Shown here: one piece after another, positions 24,200 through 36,334 of the stretch | Position numbering within the stretch: position 1 is the first letter of the stretch | How the letters are laid out: every line of letters starts with the position of its first letter | From: Podospora anserina | Lineage: Eukaryota | Length of the DNA stretch: 64,000 bases | Assembly: GCA_017654855.1 (NCBI GenBank) | Contig: CM030337.1 | Span: forward strand, 1,984,001-2,048,000 | Direction: 5' to 3' | Made by a program: the position numbers and the translations under genes | Notes under the pieces: generated by a model | What the model was told of the DNA's origin: nothing | Databases searched by the model: none | Seen by the model: the letters and a program-made list of their open reading frames with translations, nothing else

Positions 24200-26654
24200 A
24201 AAATCTCCAAGCTTGATTCTTGAATGTGCGGTGTCGTCGAATATCCGGTATCGTAAGTTGAATTAAACTTGGTCAATGGTGGTTGTAGAACTACAGAATG
24301 GTTTTACTGATTGATAAGGCTGAGCAGGAGCTTGAATGTGAGATCTCCGTGGTTTATCGGATCGGTCCCGAAACCGGGCCGGCCCAGCTTTCGTCCCGCT
24401 ATCCTGGAGCTTTGTTCCCGGATCGGACCTCCGAACATCGGGTTCCTTGCCGTCATCTGGGAGCATCTCCAGCTCGGCTCAAATCCCAAGAACAGAGGCC
24501 GTGCTTCTCCGCCTCCGTCTTCAAACACCCTGAGCGCAAGGACTCCATTCCCAGGGGCGAGTTTGCCATTCTCAGGTGATGTGATGTTGGACAATGCTCG
24601 AATCAAGGCTAGGGGCAATGAGGGGCAACGGGCAGCAATGAGGTCAAAAGCGGAGCCCGTTTATGGAGAGGTGGACACATGATAAACATCGCCGGCGCCG
24701 TGGTTCAGCTTCTTTGCAAATACAGCCTGACAGCCAAGATGTGCCCCTATTTCTATGGTCAGAGGGTTGCCCCTTTTTCTAATCTGGCTGTACACCTCAG
24801 CTGCATACGCATAAACAACCAGTGCAGAATCGCCGTGTCAAAGCACCAGTGAACGGACAGGATGGGGGCGGTGTGGATGGAAGCGTCTGGAAGCTGCCCT
24901 TGCCTCTCACCCTGTCGACCAAGGGCCCAGTGCCAATTTCCCCGCTAAAACGCCTGTCATGCCAACCCTGCCCTTGCGGGCCACTAACAGCAAAAGGGGC
25001 ATCAGCCAATCGGGCGCCGTTGTGTCATCGGATTTGGCACAATATCTCTTGTTTCCATTTTTCATGTGTGCGTCGTCAACCGCTGCATATATCTCTTCAA
25101 AAAAAGAGAGAGGTGCAGGCTGGCGATCAGCATGATCTCTGATCACCAACTCTCCCGTTGCCGAGCTGGTTAGGCATGGACCAGGCCTCTCTTTGCGTTT
25201 CCCGCAGCCGGGCGGGCCCCAAACTGAATTGGACTTGTTCGCCCAAGCTCCCGGGTGGAATGAACCAAGACCAGACAAGGGTTTGGCTCCGAGCTCGCCA
25301 AGGGCCGTCGATGATCTCAGACCTCCAGCTTCCCATGAGCTGTTATATACAGCTGGATGGATGGCTTTAAAACACACGATGGAGACTACAATGCAGCTCA
25401 TGGGTGGTTTGTTTATTCAGCATACCGGATCGATCTTCTTGGGTATATATATGCATTTATAATCATCTTCACCAACACTGGCCCCCTGATAGAGCTGCCC
25501 GGGGCTCATGATTCATTTCCGTTTGGCGCAACCTCAACCGAGCGCCAGGAAGAGAGAGAGCGAGGGTGGTGCTGGTAGAGCCACGACACTACGGATATCG
25601 TCAACTAGCTTTGTATCATGACATCGACACTACACTCTTGTTGGTGAAGTGTCTATCTGAACACAGCCTCTGTATCTCCATGTCCATGTGGTGAGTAGAG
25701 TAGGTGCTCTTTCCGAGATGGAAATTCGTCTGATGTTCGCCATGGCTCCAGATAATACGATGGTCCAGAGCCACTTTCCTATTCAGTCAATGACAATAGA
25801 TCTCCTGAGCTTTGAGTGAAATCCGGAGCACGGGCCCCATTGAATGAGGGGAGGTTTTTGAGATATATACTTTCCCTCTTCGACTTTGAAACTCTGAGGC
25901 TCATCACTTGACTTGGAATTTAAAAACCCACACAGAAACGACAACCGCCAAAAACCTAATAAGCTAAACAATAAGTTGAGCTTCCTGCCCCGCGCCAAAC
26001 CCACGGAACCGAACCACACCGAGACAAAACACACCGTATTTTCTGTTTTCTCGACACAAACAAATAGTGAAGATCACCTATTGAGGTATGTACCTGCTAG
26101 ACCTACGTGTTTCCACATCACCATATACAACACATCTTCATCGACGAGTCTTGTCGTCTTTCCTCCTTCCTCCTTCCCCCAGAAGTTCTGGTGGTGGGGC
26201 GCAGCACCACTTCACCACGCACCCCTGCCTTTGACTGCTGCCCTGCACTTTCCCTGGGCCCCACCTCCGTCTCCCACCCCCCCAGGCAATTGCTGTTCAG
26301 GCCAGGTACGTACCGCCGCCACGCCTGCCACTCGGCCGCTTGCGAAAAATTATTTGAATTTTGGCCGCGCCGACTCACAGCTCTCCCCCTTCTTCCCTCT
26401 CCCCACGTCAACCACCAAGGATCGCTACAGCTTCAACCTTCGTCAACCACACCTCTCAAGACCTCTAGGGCTCCAAGCTACCCTATTCTAACTCCCCCCC
26501 AGACCCAGAGTCCAATTCCAATACTCGTTCCGTGAACGTCTCCCTCCATCACTACCTGACGCTTCACCCGTTGCCTTGCTCAACGAGTCATCACCCGTCA
26601 CATCAACTTGTGGATCGACTCCATCAACACCAACCGACATCCTTATCAATCACC

Positions 26655-28257
26655 ATGTCTACCGTCGTGGAGAAAGTTGCTGACGCTGCTGCCGCGGCCG
26701 TCAATGACGTTACCAACGCTCTGGCCAACACCTCTATCACTGGCAAGACAGACGACAAGTCTGCCAACAACAACGATGCCGTCCTTGCCAGCGCTGCTGA
26801 AGGTCGCCGCCTGTACATCGGCAACCTTGCCTACGCGACAACGGAGGGGGAGTTGAAGGAATTCTTCAAGGGCTACCTTGTGTAAGTTTGTTTGCTTTTT
26901 TTTTCTTTGTTCACACACATGCATTGGTTGCCGTCAAGCACGGTGTCGGGGTCGACTCGAGTCGAGTTGCGCTTGGTGATGTTTGTTTCCTGGTGTTGTT
27001 ATTGTCGTTGCTGCTTGACCGCTGCTTCGCTTGATGCCTGGTCCTGCCACTCCACCGCTGGCCACGTCTACCTTGCACCAGCACCATGGCCTCATGCGGC
27101 CCACAGCTCAGCGGGCTAGACCACGCCTGTTCCCCGCAGCCGGTCAAGCTTGGCCGTCCCTCACTGTTGACAAGCACTTTGTTTTGAGCCATCGCTGACC
27201 ATGTATCGCCTCATGCAGTGAGTCCGTTTCTATCCCAAAGAACCCTCGCACCGACCGCCCCGTCGGCTATGCCTTCGTCGACCTCTCTACCCCCAGCGAA
27301 GCTGAGCGCGCCATTGCTGAGCTCTCCGGCAAGGAGATCCTGGAGCGTAAGGTCTCTGTTCAGCTCGCTCGCAAGCCCGAGGCCAACGAGAAGACTGAGG
27401 GTGCCGGCGAGGGCACCAACGCTGATGGCACGCGCCGCCGCCAGTCTACCCGTGGTCGTGGCCGCGCTGGCCGTGGCCGTGGTGGACGCGCTCGCGGTGG
27501 CCGTGGCAGTGACGTAAGTTGTTGTCTTCGAGCTCAGTGCATGAGAGCTATCTCAAGCTAACACTTTTGCTCAGGACGAGAAGAAGGAGGACGGTGCTAC
27601 CTCGGGCGACGCCGCTGAGATTGCCGCCGATACTCAGGTTCAGCCCCTGAAGGACATCACCAACGAAGCCAACACTAACCAGGACAAGTCTGGCAAGAAC
27701 CAGGCTCGCGCTGCCCGTGAGCGCCGTGAGCGTGGTCCCCCCGCCGATGGCATTCCTTCCAAGACCAAGGTCATGGTCGCCAACCTCCCCTACGACCTGA
27801 CCGAGGAGAAGGTTTGTGATCACCGTCCCGGTTTCTTGTGTGCAACATGCTAACCCCCTTCCAGCTCAAGGAACTCTTTGCTGCCTACCAGCCCTTGTCC
27901 GCCAAGATCGCTCTTCGCCCCATCCCCCGCTTCATGATCAAGAAGCTCCAGGCCCGTGGTGAGCCGCGCAAGGGACGTGGCTTCGGCTTCGTCACCTTGG
28001 CTTCCGAGGAGTTGCAGCAGAAGGCCGTTGCTGAAATGAACGGCAAGGACATCGATGGCCGTGAGATCGCCGTCAAGGTCGCCATCGACAGCCCCGACAA
28101 GACTGACGATGACGTTCACGGTGCTCACGAGGCCGGCGAGAAGACCGAGGGTACTACTCAGGAGCAGGCTCCTGTTGCCCCGGCGGCTGTTGCTACCCCT
28201 GCCCCTGCCCCGGCGGCTGCCACGCCCGCAGCTGCTCCTGCCACCAGCACTGCTTAA
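26655..28257 (+). CDS. RNA-binding protein with RRM-RGG-RRM layout (Sbp1-like); introns 26882-27218, about 27514-27574, about 27812-27864
   Basis: RRM1 RRLYIGNLAY...VGYAFVDL, RG-rich linker RGRGRAGRGRGGRARGGRG, RRM2 KVMVANLPY...RGFGFVTL. Strong C/T-ending codon bias. Confidence 0.88.
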
Positions 28258-29299
28258 AATGCTCAACCCTTGATGAGCATGGGGACGCAAGACGATATCG
28301 GCGGAGATGATGATGATGACTTCGTTATCTTTACCCGACTATCTTCTTAATCGTATGTATTAACTTTTTTGCGGTTGCATTTTTCACGACAGGGAATGGG
28401 TGGATGATTTCGGTTATGGTTAGAGATGAAAATGAAGCGGCAGATGAAATAGTTTCCTGGGCGTCTGGTTCGAGGTTGGGGTTTCATAAGGGCTCCATTC
28501 ACGGTTGAGACAACAGGAGGAGAATTATCTCGGCTTTGGCACACGAATACTCATTAATTTTCATGACCTCTTTGCCTGATTTTTTTGGTGGAGTAGACGA
28601 CATTTGATTCTGCGCAGTTCATCGGGTGGTGTACTATGGACATGTATGTATGTAGTGATGAGGCCAAAATGGGATCTCGGGATGAGTGAAGGAAAAGTTG
28701 TTCTTTTGCAATATCATGACGACGGTGCCTGGAATGGTGTTGTGGTGGTTGTGAGCATTCCTGCAGGGGCACGGGATGGAACAGTTTGGCGCCCAGAGTT
28801 CTAGAACAAAATTGATGGCACTGTCAAACTTGCAGCCTCACGGCGGCTGCTCACCACAACCTTCACCGTACGGAACCATCACCGATCAACTCTGCATTAC
28901 TTTCAGGTAAAGGTAATGAGTGCTGAGAGTGAGGGTTGTGGAGCGTTGTGTGGGGGGTGGTGAGTGGTGAAAGTGAGAGTTATAGATGGTGGGAGTTTGG
29001 GTGGTGAGAATTGTAGATGATCGTAGTTATGGGGGGTGGTAAAAGTGAGTGCTATGGGTGGTGAGAGGTGTGTGGTGAGGGTTGATCAACTCTGATTTGG
29101 TGAGTAGTCCAATTTCTGCCTCACTATTCGGAGGAAGAGGTTTATGGGAAGTTGAAGCGGAGGCTGTATGTTGTCTTGCTGCGTCCGTGGAAGTTTCTTG
29201 ACTCTGTCATTACTCAACTCGGTCGAGGAGTTGGAGCTTTGAAGGGTGGGAGGGATGGGCCTGAGGAAGATCGTGGTGTTGTTGTGGATACCAAAGGAC

Positions 29300-31681
29300 G
29301 AACTGGAGATGGAGAGTCTCAAGGGGAAGAGGGCTGAAGGAGAAGAATGAGGCGCTTGAGGGGGCGAAGGAGGCTCTTGGGAAGGAGAAATCGGTTCTCG
29401 AACATGAGAAAATCTTGCCTCGAAAAGGAGAAGTCGGCTCTCGAAAATGAAAACTCGACTCCCGGAACTGCACTGAATAGGGTCGAGAAGGACAACACCC
29501 GGCTCAAGGACGCCTACAAAGCGCTGCTGGAGAAGGACGATGCACGGGCGGAGGAGTATGACAAGCTGTCTGATGAGAACTCTGCACTTGAAGCTCGCCT
29601 TAGGGTGTTGGAGGCTGCGAAGCGGGAGGTGGAAAAGGAGCTTCGGTTGATGACTGAGGATTGTGAGCGGCAGGTCAGGGGTTGTGGATGGGTTCGTTAA
29701 GGAAAACGAAAGCCTTGCTGCCCAGACTGAGGAGCTTACCCAACAGAACGGAACGCTGCGAGGAAAGAATGCAGCGCTTGAGGATGAGAAGGCGGATCTT
29801 GAGAGTGAGATTGGTGTTTTGCAAGGGAATAATGACAGCCTGATGGAAGGGAATGTTGATATTGGGGCTGCTAATGCGAAGCTTGAGTTGGATAATGCGA
29901 ACCTTGGTGCAGCCCTCAAGGATATGAGAGGCCGATTGGAAGGCAAAAATGAGATGGTTTCCAACCTCGAAAGGGACCTCACCAAGGCGACTGCTGGCAT
30001 TTCGAACATTCGCAAGAAGTTGGACGATGTGAAGATGGGGCAGCGGGCTGCTATGGATGATCTGCGCAGGGAGAAAGCCAAGGTAGTGGAGGTGGAGACA
30101 GAGCTAGAGGTGGTCAAGGCTAGGCTGGAGGACGCGAACGCGACCACCGCCGAGTTTAGCAAGACGGAAGAAGCCCTTAACGATATGATTATTGTGCTCC
30201 GGGGACGTATCGCCAGACTGACTGAGGGGGCGGAGGACAACAAGTTGACTGAGCAGGTACTGCGGGCGGAAATATCCAGCCTCAAGTCGGAGCTACAAGC
30301 TCTCGAGGAGCAGAAGGAGGAGCTTCGCAGGTCATTCAGGGATAGTCAGAGTGCTCTCTCGGACAGTACTGAGAAGTTGTCAGCTCTGGAGTCTGATGTT
30401 GTCATGAATAATAAGAAACTCGCCATGGTCAAGAATTCGCTCGCTAAGGAGAAGGGCGCCCGGGCGGAACTTGTGGGTGATTTGAAAGAGGAGCGCTCCA
30501 AGAGGAGAGATGTCGCTGCAGAGCTGGAACTTCTCAAGGAATCGTCAAAAGCGAAGGTTGCGCCAGCGGGAAAGCGGCTGAACTTGGCCAACCAGAAGAT
30601 GATTGACCTCGAGGATGGGATCAAGGCTGCTAGGAGGGTGGCTGCTGATGCTGAGTCGAAGCTCGATGATGCCCAAGCCGAGATTATTTATCGCGACCGT
30701 CGCCTGGCGGCGGAGACGGACAGATATCAAAAGAAACAGGCCGAACTTGAGGAGGCTGAGAGGCGGGAGGAGGACTACGACCCTGAGCACCTCTACAAAC
30801 AGCTCGAAGAGGAGAAAGCAAACCATGCCGCGAGCGTCTCCCGTCTCGAGGATGAAGTTGCTGATTGCGACAAGGAGTTGGCGGAGGAGAAGGCAAATCA
30901 TGCCGCCAGCATCGTCCGTTTCGAAGCTGAAGTTGCCGAACGTGATAACGAGTTAGCTGAGGAGAAGGCAAGGCATGAGCAAACAATTGGCAGCTTGGAG
31001 GCTGAGAAAGCTAGCCACATGGTTCCAAAGGGGAAGCTCTCGAGGGAGATAGCAAACCATACGGCGACGGCCGATGCACTCACAGTTGAGCGGACCCAGC
31101 ACCAGACAACGGCGAAGTTGCTTGCGACCGAGCAGTCGAACCACCAGAGTACAAGCAAAGCCCTCGCGACCGAGCAGGCAAACCACCGGAACACCATTAA
31201 CGCCCTCACGACGGAGCGGTCGAACCACCAGAACACAAGAACCGCCCTTGCTACGGAGCAGACGAACCACAGGAACACGATCAATGCCCTCGCGACTGAG
31301 AAGATGAACCACAAGGCGACCGCAGATGCCTTAGCCGCCCGGCGGAACGCCCACCAGCAGACGATGAACTTCTTGGCATCGGAGCAGGCAAATCATCGTA
31401 ATACAGCCAACTCGCTCTCGTCGGTGAAGTCACAGCTTAAAACGGCCAACAACACCATCACTTCAATGCGCGTCTCGGGTTCACACGAGAAATGTGTTGT
31501 CATGAGCGGGTGGAAAGGCTCATGGAGCGTTACGGGAGACTCTTTGACAGGTACGAGAATCCACTTCCTCGAATTGGGAAAGACGTGGTACGACTGGCCG
31601 TACCCCGAAGGCTTGACCCAGAGGGCTAGCGGCAAGTGGGTGGTCGAATGGCGCCGGGAGATATATGTCGATAGTGACTAG
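29300..31681 (+). pseudogene. Long coiled-coil repeat protein with a frameshift-disrupted 5' part; intact frame 29663-31681, first ATG in that frame at 29843
   Basis: Heptad-like sequence continues across frame changes near 29410 and 29680. The 3' frame encodes 25-aa and 14-aa repeats and a short Trp-rich C-terminal segment. Could be a pseudogene or a shorter functional gene. Confidence 0.55.
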
Positions 31682-31999
31682 GTTGAGGGATGTACGTAGG
31701 TAGTTGGGTACATAGTAATGGGTGCGGTCTCTGTCTTTGGTGGTCTGGGGGGTGGCTGTGGAGCTCGATTCAGGGGTTCAGGGGTCATTCATGTAGAAGA
31801 GTGCTCAGTTGCCCTGCACTTTTTACCCTGGGTACAGATAACTCATTGGGTTTCTCTCTTCAATTCTCAGGCCTTGCGCCTGTGCAGGTAGTTTTGCCTG
31901 GCGTTCTGATTAGGGAGAGGAGAGAAGAGTTTGATATGGCTTGCGAACTCCTGCAGTGATGTTATGTTATTCTCGCGGTCGATTGATTGGACACCCTGC

Positions 32000-32201
32000 C
32001 TACAAAATAATTGACACAGCAACAGTAAGTTGACCTATATTATTACTATGAACCATGCCTTGAAGGATAGGTACCAGGCCTTTAAACACAATTAACAGCC
32101 CTTTAGAGATATTTAGAAGGCCTAACTAACAACTATCCTTCAGGGCATCATTTACAATATGATATGGGTTAACCTACTTGTGTATATCAACTATTTTGTG
32201 G
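32000..32201. mobile_element. AT-rich imperfect inverted repeat (fold-back or MITE-like relic)
   Basis: Arm 32000-32070 matches the reverse complement of 32133-32201, e.g. ATGCCTTGAAGGATAG versus CTATCCTTCAGGGCAT. Mismatches are mostly transitions. Confidence 0.55.
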
Positions 32202-32874
32202 TAAACGTGGCTACGTATAAGAGTGCTCAACTGCCTTACATTTCGCCTTGAACAAACTCATCACTTTCATCTCTTCAATGACCAGCTCACTGTACACGTG
32301 AAGATGGCGTTTGGACTTCTGATCAGGGAGAGGGGAGAAGCGTTTGACATGTAGCTTGCGAGCTCCTGCCACGAGGTCCTGTTATTCTCGCAGTTGATTG
32401 ATAAAGTTGGTGGTAGGATGTCGCGGCCAGGGGAAGTGGGGCTGGCCACTGATACAAGAGATGAATTAAGAATCGATGGTCGGAGCTCTGCTGTCTTTGT
32501 TAGAAGTGTAAACTTCTTCCCAAATACTGTGTCATCGGACATTATTAGGTACCTTAGGTAGCTAGCACTGGCAGGTTTTTTTTGTTTTTTTTTGACACAC
32601 CGGAGCCGATTCGTGGCTTTTTTAGGTGGTGCCGTGCGGTGGGTTGGGCGGGAGCTGTTCAATTTCGCGGGCTGGAACTCGAGCGACACGGCCGCCCTTT
32701 TTCCCCGTTTGGTTTCAAACGCCACGCGACAACTTCCGACTGCTTTCTTTTGCAACACACCGACTGTGATGCAACGCAACGAACCCCCTCGAATAAATAA
32801 CGACGAGAATTGATTGCAAATATTGCCGAAACAACAGAACAGTACAGAGAGAAACAAATACAGAAGGCAGCAAG

Positions 32875-34127
32875 ATGGCAGCCAACGCCATGTGGGAGGT
32901 TGATCCCGAGACGAGGAGCAAGGTTCGTTTCTTACCGTCCTCCTCCCACCCCAACCACCGTTAGATGCTGATGATGGTGTACCGTAATAGCTCGTCACGA
33001 TCCAATCCGAACCCGGCAACTCCCTCTGCTGCGACTGCGGCGCCCCGTCTCCCCAATGGGCATCCCCCAAGTTTGGAATCTTTATTTGCTTGTCTTGCGC
33101 CGGAGTTCACCGCGGACTGGGTGTTCACATCTCTTTTGTGCGATCAATCAGCATGGACGCGTTCAAGCAAGCCGAAATCGAGAGGATGAGACTGGGAGGG
33201 AACGAGAACTGGAAGAAGTTCTTTGAGGAGCACGAGACAAACAAGATGATGGGGGTGAGCTGGGAGGGTGCAACGATTGCGGAACGATATTCAGGGGAGG
33301 TGGGTGAAGAGTGGAAGGAGAGGTTGAGCTGTAAAGTTGAGGGGAGGGAGTATGTTCCCGGGCAGAAGAAGGAGACACCGGTGGCCAAGAGCTCACCGGC
33401 GCCGGCGCCGGCGGCGGCACCGTTGGGAGGGAGTAGGACGGGGAGTCCAGCGAATGCTGCGCAGGGCGGGGGGAAGATCAAGGTGGATGTGGATTACTTT
33501 GCTAAGCTGGGGGAGAGGAATGCGGGTAGGTCGGCAGATTTGCCGCCGAGTCAGGGGGGGAAGTATCAAGGGTTTGGCAGCTCGGGGACGTCGATGCCGC
33601 AGAGGAGTAATCAGCAGCAGGCCGGGTTGCCGGGGCTGGATGATTTGCAGAAGGATCCGGTGGCGGCGTTGAGTAAGGGGTTTGGGTGGTTTACGAGCTC
33701 GGTTGCGAAGACGGCGAAGACGGTGAATGAGGGGTTTATTCAGCCTACTGCTAAGCAGGTATGTTTTACGGTTGATATCTTAGGGTTCTAGGTGCTGATA
33801 TCACGATGGTAGATTGCCGAGTCAGATTTTGCCGCGCAAGCTCGTGTTGCTGCTGCCAATGCGGCCAAGGCTGCTCAGGCTGGCACAAAGACTGCTTCTG
33901 AAGGGTTCACAAGATTTGTGGAGGGACCTTCAGGTAGTGGGTATAAGCCTGTGAGGAGCGAGAACTTTGATGAGAGCAAGAGGGCGTTCTGGGATGATTT
34001 CGCATCGGCGGCGGACAACAGGAAGACGAGCGGGAACTCCATTGGGACTTCGGCGCTGGGTGGGAACAAGCCTTCTTCCTCCGCGCCTCCGAAGCAGAAT
34101 AATAAGGACGAGTGGGAGGATTGGTAG
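32875..34127 (+). CDS. gcs1: ARF GTPase-activating protein Gcs1; introns about 32923-32990 and 33759-33812
   Basis: [11 protein letters not shown], zinc finger [61 protein letters not shown], ending DEWEDW. Confidence 0.93.
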
Positions 34128-34523
34128 TTTTGAGGTCAGGGTTACGTACGGGTGGTGGTTTTGATTGGAGAGCCTGTTTGGTTTTTTGTTTTCTTCGAAC
34201 ATTAGACGTTTGTTGCTGGGCGATATACAGTCGGTCCTTGATACCTATCTAGCTTGGTCTTTTTTTGCTTGTTCATTCTGTTGTTTTGATGTGGTGTTGT
34301 TGCTGATGAGGTCTGGATAATGAAAAGCATGCATGTGCTTCAGGGTTAGGGGTGACTCTAGAGAAGCCCCCGCCGCTTGGCCGAGGTTCAACCCGGACCC
34401 GGCACTAGCCGGGATGGACCAAGGAACCACTGAGCGTCATTGCATGCGGCGCTCAAAGCTTCCCTCTCCCTCCGTCCTGTTCGAGATCCCACGAACCCGC
34501 CCATTGAGCCGCAAGACTTCGAC

Positions 34524-35514
34524 ATGTCAGCCTTACGGATATTGGTGCCCGTCAAGCGGGTCATTGACTATGCGGTATGTAACTTCATCCTAGCTTTGAG
34601 GCAGCTTGCGTGCAGCATGCACAGGGAGAAAGGCACATGTCAAACTGCAAGCGCGGACTTTGGGCGGGACGGAGTAAGATGGTATTTGGGCATGACAGTT
34701 GCTAATGCACGCAACGCCTTATTGCAGGTCAAGCCCCGCGTCAACAAGGCCCAGACGGGCGTCGAGACGGCCGGCGTCAAGCACAGCATGAACCCCTTCG
34801 ACGAACTCTCGGTCGAGGAAAGTGTGCGCATCCGCGAGAAGAAGCGCGCCCCGGGTGGTGTGGAGGATATCTGCGTCATCAGCGCCGGGCCGACCAAGGC
34901 TCAGGATATCCTGCGCACTGCTATGGCTATGGGCGCCGACCGCGGCATTCACGTCGAGGTCAAGGAGGGCGAGGACCTTGAGCCGTTGAGCGTGGCTAAG
35001 CTGCTCAAGGCCGCTGTTGAGCAGCAGAAGAGCAACTTGGTTTTCTTGGGCAAGCAGAGTATTGATGACGATGCCAACCAGACGGGGCAGATGCTGGCTG
35101 GCTTGCTGGGCTGGCCTCAGGCTACGCAGGCTAGCGAGGTTACGTTTGGGGAGGGGGACACGGTGACGGTTACGAAGGAGGTGGATGGTGGTGTCGAGAC
35201 TGTCAAGGCGAAGCTGCCGATGATTATCACGACGGACTTGCGGTTGAATGAGCCGAGGTATGCGAGCTTGCCGAATATCATGAAGGCGAAGAAGAAGCCT
35301 TTGGAGAAGAAGACGCTGGCGGACTTTGGGATTACGGGGGAGAAGAGGCTCAAGACGTTGAAGGTTACTGGTGAGTTTTGGATGAGTCAGGGGTTGTTGT
35401 GGAATAACTTGATTGCTAACGCTGGTTGCAGAGCCACCCCCGAGAAAGGGCGGCGGCAAGGTCGAGGATGTCGATGGTTTGATCTCCAAGCTCAAGGAGC
35501 TAGGTGCTCTCTAA
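34524..35514 (+). CDS. etfB: Electron transfer flavoprotein beta subunit; introns 34575-34727 and about 35371-35431
   Basis: LRILVPVKRVIDYAVKPR, KHSMNPFDELSVEE, AMAMGADR, LGKQSIDDD, TDLRLNEPRYASLPNIMKAKKKP, last exon EPPPRKGGGKVEDVDGLISKLKELGAL*. Confidence 0.95.
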
Positions 35515-36334
35515 GACAATGTACACAACAATGTATTGCTAGTGTTTGCCTGCATCTAGAGTTGACAGCTTTGCAATTTTGCCTGCGCAACGACAATCTT
35601 GTTACATTATCTTTGAGCATCATTGGAAATATTGACAAGTATCCAAGTCTGTGGTCATGATCGCATCATCCCGACGAAATACAGCGCCTCCTTCAATATA
35701 CAGATCTTGTGATCTGCCACAACATGGTCCATTTTCGGCCGTGTCATCGAGATAGGACCAGAGATAAGAGTTGTGGGATGAAAGCGGCACCACCCCGCAA
35801 TTGTGTCCCCTGTGACGTAGGTCGACTTCGTCTGTATCTTCAAACTATGACAATTGACAACCCATTTTGCGAGTTTAAACTTTGGTCTGAAAGGGGTTTC
35901 GGATTTTCGGTCTGAGTCCTTTCGGCTGAAGTGATGGTGAAGACCCTGCATCTCAGAGGAATTGGCAGTCCGAAGCCACAACAAAGTGCTGGAATGGCCC
36001 GCTAGGACAAAACAAGCCTCTGAAAATGGCCCAGATGCCCCACCCCGTGAATCGGCTCCCGACAGTTCAGGAGCTCCGGAAGTCGCGGCGGGGTGGGAAC
36101 AGGTGGACCAATCACCATCTCGCCAATGAGACAGTCGCAAAATTCTTTGGGGACTGAAATGACAAAAAAGATGGATTTTTCTCGCTTCCCGCCTTTTTCT
36201 TCTTCTCGATTCCAACAACTCCATCGCGAATCTGATTCACCACGCCAACGCCTTGCTCTCAGCAACCGCTTCGCTTCTCTAGTCTCTTGTAGACTACTCA
36301 TCCTCTTCGAATTGTCGCCCTTACAACAGTGCTG

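Noticed and set aside
24263..24682. Several overlapping short ORFs upstream of tah18
   Set aside because: No recognisable motif or consistent splice structure. A decayed gene cannot be excluded without a homology search.
29086..30285. 399-aa minus-strand ORF opposite the coiled-coil gene
   Set aside because: Ser/Leu/Phe-rich text is what the reverse complement of Glu/Lys-rich codons produces.
32267..33070. 267-aa minus-strand ORF overlapping the gcs1 promoter and 5' end
   Set aside because: Crosses poly-T runs and gcs1 exons; no domain or codon bias.
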